32,000 bases of DNA, from positions 2,250,001 to 2,282,000 of the forward strand of contig NC_017039.1 in assembly GCF_000284455.1 (NCBI RefSeq), in the 5' to 3' direction. The position numbers and the translations under genes were made by a program. This DNA comes from Synechocystis sp. PCC 6803 substr. PCC-P (GTDB taxonomy: Bacteria > Cyanobacteriota > Cyanobacteriia > Cyanobacteriales > Microcystaceae). Positions within the stretch are counted from its first letter, which is position 1. Every line of letters begins with the position of its first letter. Positions 25,823-32,000 of this stretch are shown piece by piece. The notes beneath the pieces are model-generated. The model was not told the origin of the DNA, ran no database searches, and saw only the letters and a program-made list of their open reading frames with translations.

Positions 25823-26699
25823 AACTTTTCCCCTTTCCGGTCAAAGTGTGGCCATTAACTTACAAAGAAAAATTTTCCAAAAGCCACTAGCTTCCTTGAG
25901 CCTAATCACCCTGATCATAATTGTTTTATCGGTGGTTTTTGGTCCAATCTTTTATCGAGTTCCCATTGACCAAATTGATTTTAGCCAAACAGCGGTGCCC
26001 CCTAGTTGGCAACATCCCCTAGGAACTAATGATTTAGGACAGGATCAATTGGCTCGGTTACTTATTGGTGGCCGGATTTCTCTAGCAGTGGGCCTCAGTG
26101 CCATGGCCGTGTCTCTCACCTTAGGCACCTTAATCGGGGCGATCGCCGGTTATTTTGGGGGGTGGTGGGACGTGATTTTAATGCGGATTACGGACTTATT
26201 CTTAGCCCTGCCCCAATTACCTTTAGTGCTACTGGTGGTCTATTTATTTCGGGAGCCGGTCACCAGGGCTACTTCCCCCGAAAAAGGTATTTTCATCTTG
26301 GTGGTTTTACTGATTGGTTTGCTCAATTGGATGAGTGTGGCTCGGTTGGTACGGGGCAATATTTTGCGCCTACGGGAAATGGAATTTGTCAAAGCGGCGA
26401 TCGCCATGGGGGCAGGTTCTAACCATATTATTTGGCGACATTTGTTACCCAATGTGTTGAATTTAATCATTGTGGCCGCTAGTTTGGCCGTCGGCAATGC
26501 CATTATTACCGAATCAACTTTGAGCTTTTTAGGCTTAGGATTTCCCCCCGATGTGCCCACCTGGGGCCAGATGCTTTACACCGCCAAGGATTATTTGGAA
26601 ACGGCACCATTGATGGCAGTTTTTCCGGGCTTAGCTATTTTTATTACCGTTTTAAGTGTTAATTATTTGGGGGACGGCATTGGCATAAAAAATAGTTAA
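25815..26699 (+). CDS. ABC transporter permease, DppC/OppC (peptide/nickel/oligosaccharide) family
   Basis: 294-aa ORF with about 6 hydrophobic segments. N-terminal OppC-type motif HPLGTNDLGQDQLARLLIGGRISL. EAA-like loop EFVKAAIAMGAGSNHIIWRHLLPN. Confidence 0.85.
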   Translation: MTKTFPLSGQSVAINLQRKIFQKPLASLSLITLIIIVLSVVFGPIFYRVPIDQIDFSQTAVPPSWQHPLGTNDLGQDQLARLLIGGRISLAVGLSAMAVSLTLGTLIGAIAGYFGGWWDVILMRITDLFLALPQLPLVLLVVYLFREPVTRATSPEKGIFILVVLLIGLLNWMSVARLVRGNILRLREMEFVKAAIAMGAGSNHIIWRHLLPNVLNLIIVAASLAVGNAIITESTLSFLGLGFPPDVPTWGQMLYTAKDYLETAPLMAVFPGLAIFITVLSVNYLGDGIGIKNS

Positions 26700-26746
26700 T
26701 GATGCAACCCTATTGATCAATCTTAGTTAAGCTCAAAATAAATTTC

Positions 26747-27232
26747 ATGATTCGTCCAGTTCCCGATGCTAGTAATCAGTTTTATTTAGACCATATTAAT
26801 TTACTACGTCAAAGTTATGAGCGCTTAACTGGTAAAACCTTTGGGCCCAGCGGATTAACCGGGGTGGCCCTAGCCCAGGCCGTCTATGAAGCTCCCTACG
26901 TAGTAGTTTCCCATGGCATAGAGCCTGACCCAATTTTTAATTATGCTAATCTTACTGCCCAAAAATTATTTGAATTTCCCTGGGTAGAATTTTGTCAATT
27001 GCCATCCCGTCAGTCCGCAGAACTTCCTAATCAAACGGAAAGGCAACAATTGTTAGATACCGTCAGCCGCCAAGGTTTTATTGAAAATTACCAAGGTATA
27101 CGCATTGCCAAGGGTGGTGGCCGCTTTTGGATTAAAAATGTTACCGTTTGGAATCTCTACGACGGCGAAGGGATTTATCGGGGTCAGGGGGCAATTTATA
27201 GTGATTGGGAGAATATTGTTGAAAAGCTTTAA
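26747..27232 (+). CDS. stand-alone MEKHLA (PAS-like) domain protein
   Basis: 161-aa ORF. PYVVVSHGIEPDPIFNYANLTAQKLFEFPWVEFCQLPSRQSAE...GFIENYQGIRIAKGGGRFWIKNVTVWNL matches my memory of the MEKHLA domain shared with the C-termini of plant HD-ZIP III proteins. Not verified by profile search. Confidence 0.72.
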   Translation: MIRPVPDASNQFYLDHINLLRQSYERLTGKTFGPSGLTGVALAQAVYEAPYVVVSHGIEPDPIFNYANLTAQKLFEFPWVEFCQLPSRQSAELPNQTERQQLLDTVSRQGFIENYQGIRIAKGGGRFWIKNVTVWNLYDGEGIYRGQGAIYSDWENIVEKL

Positions 27233-27322
27233 AATTTAAAATAGCCCAGACAATTTGCCAAAATATTGGCAATTTTACTCCAGGATTTTCAACTTAAATT
27301 AACAATTTTTATACACTTTTAA

Positions 27323-27832
27323 CTATCTGCAACCCAAACTATCCCTGGTAGCTACCCCTGTCACTGGATTAACTCCCTCCGCCCGTTCACACATCAGCTT
27401 GACTTGGTAAGCATCAATCACCGCATCGCTGAAGTCGGCCCCGGTGATATCGGTGTCGTAAAAACGGGTGCGGGTGGCGATCGCCTCGGTGAAAATAGTG
27501 TCCCGCAGGTCGGCAAAATCCAGGGTAACCCGGTCTACGAGGGAACCACTTAGATTCGCTCCCCGTAAACTGGCATGGAGAAAAACTGCATCGGTGAGGA
27601 TGGAAAAGCTGAGATCACTGCCCTCAAAATTGCTTTCCCGTAAATCCGCCGCCGCAAATACCGCCTTATTCAAATCCTGGTGGGAAAAATCTGATCGGGC
27701 CAGATCTCCGTAGGTATAGTTCACCGTATTGGCTTGGGCCAAGGCCGATGGCGCCCAGAGCAACACCAAGGCGATCGCCAGGATGAGTATTTGTAACCAT
27801 CGCCGCCAGCTAAAAACGAGGAAAGAAGACAT
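27323..27832 (-). CDS. pentapeptide-repeat protein with N-terminal export signal (thylakoid-lumen type)
   Basis: Signal-like [34 protein letters not shown]. Tandem A(D/N)LXX-type pentapeptides follow ([53 protein letters not shown]). The C-terminus has a Cys pair (LMCERAEG...SLGCR). The track start at 27937 is a TTG; the ATG at 27832 begins the signal peptide. Confidence 0.85.
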   Translation of the reverse strand: MSSFLVFSWRRWLQILILAIALVLLWAPSALAQANTVNYTYGDLARSDFSHQDLNKAVFAAADLRESNFEGSDLSFSILTDAVFLHASLRGANLSGSLVDRVTLDFADLRDTIFTEAIATRTRFYDTDITGADFSDAVIDAYQVKLMCERAEGVNPVTGVATRDSLGCR

Positions 27833-27974
27833 AGGAGCAAGTCTAGGCAAATTTTGCAATATTTTTCCCCAGCCTAGCAAAACAATTGGGTGGAGCAAAG
27901 GCAATTTAATTTGATTAAATTTGAATTTAAAAGGCAATTTCTGATCCCAAAATTCTTAGAGCATGTTTCAAAAG

Positions 27975-28057
27975 CCCCCCTGACCCCCCAAATTTGGGGG
28001 GAAACTGAGTGAAACTCCCCCAGTATTGCCGGAGCTTTAGTGGGTCGATTTAGGGGG
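27975..28057 (-). promoter_or_regulatory. poly-C/poly-G multi-hairpin element (terminator or attenuator-like) between ribE and the pentapeptide gene
   Basis: Plus-strand runs are C6 27975-27980, C6 27984-27989, G6 27996-28001, C5 28017-28021 and G5 28053-28057. They include the perfect 18-nt palindrome CCCCCCAAATTTGGGGGG (27984-28001). On the minus-strand RNA the last G6 is followed by CUUUUG. Confidence 0.4.
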
Positions 28058-28092
28058 ATAAATACCTAGCCTTGCACTTTTCAAACACTTTC

Positions 28093-28773
28093 TTAGCCGT
28101 AGCCATGTTCCGCCAAAAAGGCTAGATCGATGTCCTTTGTTTGACCCATGGCCCGACCCCGGGACAAAAATCGGGCCGCATATTTACCCAAAATATCCCC
28201 CTCTAAATTGACCCAATCCCCCGGCTGCAATAACTGCAAATTAGTTTCGCTGTAGGTATGGGGAATCACGGCCACGTTAAACCAGTCTTCGCCGCAATCC
28301 GCCACGGTTAAACTGATGCCATTGACGGCAATACTACCCTTGGGCACCAAATAGGGAGCTAAATATTCCTGCCATTGCTTCTGTAAACTGCCCACTGAGC
28401 CGAAGCTGAGCAACCAGGCGTTATTGATTTGTTCATTGCTCAATAATTGCCCTACCCCGTCCACGTGGCCGGAAACAAAATGCCCCCCCACTTTTCCCCC
28501 CACCCGGAGGGAAGTTTCAATGTTGACCGCTGTGCGCCTTTCCTTAGCCCGTCCTAAGGTAGTGCGTTGTAAGGTTTCGGGGGAAACGTCGGCAAAAAAT
28601 CCCTGGTGGGCGATCGCCTCTACGGTGAGGCAAACCCCATCTACAGCAATGCTGTCCCCTAGGGCCATATCCCCCAAAACCCGTTGGGCATCGTTGGGGC
28701 TAAGGGAAATTTCCAGGCGATCGGCCCGCTGAGCAGAAAGATAACCGAGGGATTGGATAATGCCAGTGAACAC
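28093..28773 (-). CDS. ribE: riboflavin synthase (alpha chain)
   Basis: 226-aa ORF. GTG start giving the canonical MFTGIIQ N-terminus. Internal two-fold repeat with GDSIAVDGVCLTV / GSIAVNGISLTV and GGHFVSGHVDG. Confidence 0.93.
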   Translation of the reverse strand: MFTGIIQSLGYLSAQRADRLEISLSPNDAQRVLGDMALGDSIAVDGVCLTVEAIAHQGFFADVSPETLQRTTLGRAKERRTAVNIETSLRVGGKVGGHFVSGHVDGVGQLLSNEQINNAWLLSFGSVGSLQKQWQEYLAPYLVPKGSIAVNGISLTVADCGEDWFNVAVIPHTYSETNLQLLQPGDWVNLEGDILGKYAARFLSRGRAMGQTKDIDLAFLAEHGYG

Positions 28774-28997
28774 AATGGGACAAACCTTAGAAGATTAATT
28801 ACAATTGTGCCAGTTGGGGGCCAATGCCATGGCTGGAGGGAGAGTTGCAGCTCGGGGTGGTCAAGGTTAGGGAAACGAGTCTAGAGTTCCCTTGGCATTA
28901 TCTGGTCTCAATTAAGCATACCTTTGCCTTCGGTCAACCCCGGAAAACGGTCAATACCTTTACAATGGGTACTGTTCTTGTCCGTCGAAGAGATGAT

Positions 28998-29267
28998 ATG
29001 ACTGATAATCCGGAAAAAGACGCATTTCTGTATCCCAAAAGCAAATATTATGGGGATTTCAAACCGGAGAAGCTGGTTTTCAACGCAAATTTGCAAGAAT
29101 TTGCCCAAAAGGTGAGCGTTATTTGTAACCTAGAGACAGCGGGTAAAATCGAGACGATGGAAGCTTACGAGCGCATTAAGCAACTTTGGAAGAGTCTTAA
29201 GGAAAGCAAAAAGGAATTGGGCATTGGGGGAGACCCGTTTAAACCCACTGATCCCCCCAGCAGTTAA
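28998..29267 (+). CDS. small conserved hypothetical protein (helical, Lys/Glu-rich)
   Basis: The ORF is open from 28824. The first ~58 codons lie in the ribE divergent promoter region and look non-coding. I favour the ATG at 28998 (MTDNPEKDAFLYPKSKYYGDFKPEKLVFNANLQEFAQKV...), with an alternative ATG at 28965. No family assignment. Confidence 0.55.
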   Translation: MTDNPEKDAFLYPKSKYYGDFKPEKLVFNANLQEFAQKVSVICNLETAGKIETMEAYERIKQLWKSLKESKKELGIGGDPFKPTDPPSS

Positions 29268-29334
29268 TTTTCCCTGTTACGGCCTAGTGTTCCTGACCCG
29301 GAAGAATTTGCTTTGCCCCTGTGTTTGATTTGCC

Positions 29335-31008
29335 GTGTTTAATTTTTTGACCGTTCTCCCCTCTCCTCCCAAGGTATTGCTTAATTTTTGGGTGCTGACC
29401 AGTTTGCTGATTGCCGTTTGGATTGCGGTGCCGGTAATTTTTGTTTTTCTAGGCATTTTTTCCTGGCAGGGGGAAATTTTCAGTCACCTCTGGGCAACGG
29501 TGCTGGGGGAATATATCCGTAACTCTTTAGCCCTGATGCTGGGGGTGGGAGCCGGAGTTTTCGTGTTAGGGGTGGGCACCGCTTGGCTTGTGACCATGTG
29601 TCGATTTCCGGGTTGCCGCTGGCTAGAATGGGCTTTATTGTTGCCCCTGTCCGCCCCGGCCTATTTGTTGGCCTACGGTTATAGCAATCTTTTGGACTTT
29701 TACGGCCCCGTACAGACCCTACTACGCTCCATCTTCGGTTGGCAATCCGCCCCTGAGTATTGGTTTCCCCAGATCCGTTCCCTTTGGGGGGCGATCGCCA
29801 TTTTGGCGTTGGTGTCCTATCCCTACGTTTACCTGTTGGCCCGCATTGCTTTTTTAGAACAGGGAGTTTGCACCTTAGAAGCTAGTCGTTCCCTGGGTTG
29901 TAATCCTTGGCAAAGTTTCAGTCGGGTGGCTTTACCCCTGGCTCGACCGGCGATCGCCGCTGGCTTGGCGTTGGTGATGATGGAGACTCTGAACGATTTT
30001 GGCACAGTGCAATATTTTGGCGTTAATACCTTCACCACAGGTATTTATTCCACCTGGTTCGGCTTTGGGGAAAGGCAAGGGGCCACCCAACTGGCCGCCT
30101 TTTTAATGATTTTTGTCTTCTTGTTAGTAGTACTGGAACGCTGGTCCCGCCGGCAAGCCAAGTTTTATCAATCTAGCAGTCCCCACCAAAATCTCCCCCG
30201 TTATCAACTCCGGGGCCTAAGGGCGATCGGGGCATTAGCTTTTTGTCTTTTTCCTTTCCTACTGGGCTTTTTAATTCCCGCCAGTTATCTTTTATATCTC
30301 ACCGTTTCCTATGCCCAGGAGGTCCGTAACAATAACTTCTTTCAACTGGCTTCCCACAGTTTAATTCTCTCCTTCCTCACCGCGGCGATCGCCTTAGTAA
30401 TTGGTTTAATCCTGGTTTATGGCCAAAGGTTGAGCCGTCAACCCCTCACTTCCTTTGCCGTCAAAGTTGCTTCCATGGGCTATGCCATCCCTGGTTCTGT
30501 CATTGCGGTGGGGGTGCTGATTCCAGCGGGCAACTTTGACAATTGGCTGGCTGATTGGTGGGAAAATATGTGGGGCGTAAAAATTGGTCTTCTGCTGAGT
30601 GGTACCATTGCCATCCTGGTCTACGCCTATCTGGTCAGGTTTTTGGCTGTGGCCCTGGGTTCCTTGGAAGGCAGTTTGGGCAAAATTAAACCCACTTTGG
30701 ACGATGCGGCCCGTAGTTTGGGCAAAAGCCCCAGCCAAATTCTCTGGCAAGTACACACTCCCCTCATGACCGGCGGTCTGCTCACCGCTGTGATGTTAGT
30801 ATTCGTGGATGTCATGAAGGAATTGCCCGCTACCTTGGTAATTCGCCCCTTTAACTTTGACACCCTCGCCATCCGAGTTTACCAATATGCCTCCGATGAA
30901 AGACTGATTGAAGCCGCTGCTCCAGCCCTGACCATTATTCTGGCGGGGATGTTGCCGGTGATTTTCCTGAGCGTGCAAATTGCCCGTTCTCGCCCCAGCG
31001 AAGGATAA
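29335..31008 (+). CDS. futB: iron(III) ABC transporter permease, fused two-domain type
   Basis: 557-aa ORF with a GTG start. It has about 12 hydrophobic segments and two BPD-type permease halves, each with an EAA-like loop (LEASRSLGCNPWQSFSRVALPLARPA and DDAARSLGKSPSQILWQVHTPL). The gene name is from remembered synteny and literature. Confidence 0.85.
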   Translation: MFNFLTVLPSPPKVLLNFWVLTSLLIAVWIAVPVIFVFLGIFSWQGEIFSHLWATVLGEYIRNSLALMLGVGAGVFVLGVGTAWLVTMCRFPGCRWLEWALLLPLSAPAYLLAYGYSNLLDFYGPVQTLLRSIFGWQSAPEYWFPQIRSLWGAIAILALVSYPYVYLLARIAFLEQGVCTLEASRSLGCNPWQSFSRVALPLARPAIAAGLALVMMETLNDFGTVQYFGVNTFTTGIYSTWFGFGERQGATQLAAFLMIFVFLLVVLERWSRRQAKFYQSSSPHQNLPRYQLRGLRAIGALAFCLFPFLLGFLIPASYLLYLTVSYAQEVRNNNFFQLASHSLILSFLTAAIALVIGLILVYGQRLSRQPLTSFAVKVASMGYAIPGSVIAVGVLIPAGNFDNWLADWWENMWGVKIGLLLSGTIAILVYAYLVRFLAVALGSLEGSLGKIKPTLDDAARSLGKSPSQILWQVHTPLMTGGLLTAVMLVFVDVMKELPATLVIRPFNFDTLAIRVYQYASDERLIEAAAPALTIILAGMLPVIFLSVQIARSRPSEG

Positions 31009-31057
31009 ATTTGCCGGATAATCCGTTCAAAATCCGTTTGATTTCGACCTTTTGCCC

Positions 31058-31531
31058 ATGAAATTGTTATTTGTTTGTTTAGGTAACATTTGTCGATCGC
31101 CAGCGGCGGAAAATATCATGAACGCCCAGATTGACCAAGCAGGCTTGGGGGCAAAAATTGTTTGCGACTCTGCCGGTACTTCCAGCTACCATGTGGGAGA
31201 TTCCCCCGATCGCCGCATGACAGAAAGCTTGAAAAAACGGGGTTATCGGGTGCAGGGAAGAGCTAGACAGTTTTTTCCCGAAGATTTTGCAGAATTTGAC
31301 TTAATTCTAGCTATGGACGGGGATAATTACCGCAATATTCTAGCCCAGGATCCAGCAGGGCAATATCACCATAAAGTAAAAATGATCTGCGATTACACCG
31401 AAAAATTTGGCGATCGGGAAGTTCCCGACCCCTATTATGGCGGGCAGGCTGGTTTTGAGCATGTGATTGATTTGCTAGAAGATGCCTGCGGTAATTTGCT
31501 CACTAGCTTGGGCAAGGAATTGGTTAATTAG
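31058..31531 (+). CDS. low-molecular-weight protein tyrosine phosphatase
   Basis: MKLLFVCLGNICRSPAAE carries the CX5R(S/T) P-loop, and the DPYYG motif supplies the general acid Asp. The track start at 31052 is a TTG two codons upstream of this ATG. Confidence 0.9.
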   Translation: MKLLFVCLGNICRSPAAENIMNAQIDQAGLGAKIVCDSAGTSSYHVGDSPDRRMTESLKKRGYRVQGRARQFFPEDFAEFDLILAMDGDNYRNILAQDPAGQYHHKVKMICDYTEKFGDREVPDPYYGGQAGFEHVIDLLEDACGNLLTSLGKELVN

Positions 31532-31543
31532 CAAGCGGTTGTT

Positions 31544-31562
31544 GAACCAAAGGGTTCTTTTT
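31544..31562 (+). terminator. candidate intrinsic terminator after the phosphatase gene
   Basis: GAACC-AAAG-GGTTC followed by TTTTT, 13 nt after the stop codon. The stem is only 5 bp, so it is weak. Confidence 0.4.
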
Positions 31563-31682
31563 ACCTGTGTTTAACAGTTGGAGGAGTATGGGTGAGGCCC
31601 ATTGTGGTGTTGCCAGCCCGTGCTGGTATGGCTCCCCTGGGGGGTAGAATTAGCAAGATTTTCCCAATTTTCCCTTAATGGC

Positions 31683-32000
31683 ATGAGTTCTCCCTCTTCC
31701 ATACATCGTGAAGTCATCGGCATTGACATTGGTGGTTCTTCCATTAAGTTTGGCCGGTTCCTGAGCAATGGAGATTGCACCGAGTCCTTGGTTTTGCCCA
31801 CCCCCCAACCGGCTTTACCCAAGGCAGTTTATGCTCAGTTGGCCCATGGTATTGACCTGTTGAAAAATTCAGCTTGTGTGGCGATCGGTGTTGGGATGCC
31901 GGGACCAGCGGACGCAGCAGGACGGGTGGCCCAGTTGGCAATTAATTTGCCCCAGTGGCACGACATTCCTTTGGCGGATTGGTTGGAAGACCATGGACAG
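31683..32000 (+). CDS. glk: ROK-family glucokinase, N-terminal 106 codons (runs off the window end)
   Basis: Absent from the ORF track because no stop lies in the window. The ATG at 31683 gives MSSPSSIHREVIGIDIGGSSIKFGRF...VAIGVGMPGPADAAGRVAQLAINLPQW, i.e. the ROK/ASKHA phosphate-1 motif DIGG and the GxPG motif. The minus ORFs 31571..31822 and 31744..31941 are shadow frames. Confidence 0.85.
   Translation, partial: MSSPSSIHREVIGIDIGGSSIKFGRFLSNGDCTESLVLPTPQPALPKAVYAQLAHGIDLLKNSACVAIGVGMPGPADAAGRVAQLAINLPQWHDIPLADWLEDHGQ

Noticed and set aside
27233-27322. Hairpin TTGCC-AAAATATT-GGCAA followed by TTTT, as a terminator for the MEKHLA gene.
   Set aside because: The stem is only 5 bp and mostly weak, with an 8-nt loop. 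That is too marginal to call.
29268-29334. Expected Fur box upstream of futB.
   Set aside because: I could not find an AT-rich 19-bp palindrome resembling GATAATGATAATCATTATC in this short, fairly GC-rich spacer. It cannot be excluded without a matrix scan.
31588-31647. 19-codon ORF (MGEAHCGVASPCWYGSPGG) after GGAGGAG, upstream of glucokinase.
   Set aside because: The SD-to-ATG spacing is only 3 nt, the peptide has no recognisable features, and ORFs of this length are expected by chance. It stays a remote possibility as a leader peptide.
1-32000. Search for CRISPR arrays, IS elements, MITE-like long repeats, rRNA and group I/II introns.
   Set aside because: No regularly spaced direct repeats, no transposase-like ORFs, no long terminal inverted repeats and no rRNA-like sequence were seen. 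The only pervasive repeat is the 8-bp HIP1 palindrome.

Overview
This window reads as core chromosome of a Synechocystis sp. PCC 6803-like cyanobacterium. It has dense GCGATCGC (HIP1) palindromes and a gene order I recall as sll1841 through slr0329; that is memory, not a search. I support 27 protein-coding genes (two run off the window edges) and one tRNA-Lys(UUU).

Gene order, left to right:
- pyruvate dehydrogenase E2 (partial)
- a conserved membrane protein
- Cu(I) P-type ATPase CtaA
- a stand-alone FHA protein
- YebC-family regulator
- cyanobacterial glutamate-cysteine ligase
- TrmL methyltransferase
- a very long LysM/M23 NlpD-like peptidase
- ribosome hibernation factor LrtA
- LipB
- a small membrane protein
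- tRNA-Lys
- glycogen synthase GlgA
- a DUF1830-like protein
- a B12-domain radical SAM protein
- group-2 sigma factor SigB
- Era
- an Hpt-less CheA-like hybrid kinase (PilL-C type)
- GH38 alpha-mannosidase
- a lone Opp/Dpp-type ABC permease
- a MEKHLA-domain protein
- a lumenal-type pentapeptide-repeat protein
- riboflavin synthase
- a small conserved protein
- FutB iron permease
- LMW tyrosine phosphatase
- glucokinase (partial)

I see no transposase, integrase, CRISPR array, rRNA or obvious defence island. Several ORF-track starts are TTG/GTG extensions, and I give the internal ATG where the sequence supports it.

The least ordinary part is 18.4-27.2 kb. It holds a tightly or translationally coupled string: era, kinase, mannosidase and permease, followed by the MEKHLA gene. 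This stretch is nearly free of HIP1 sites, the mannosidase is visibly AT-richer, and the kinase carries a G9 homopolymer and a tandemly duplicated receiver domain. A poly-C/poly-G multi-hairpin element with attenuator-like topology sits between ribE and the pentapeptide gene. I did not find a clear, self-contained novel system, and the findings are scored accordingly.
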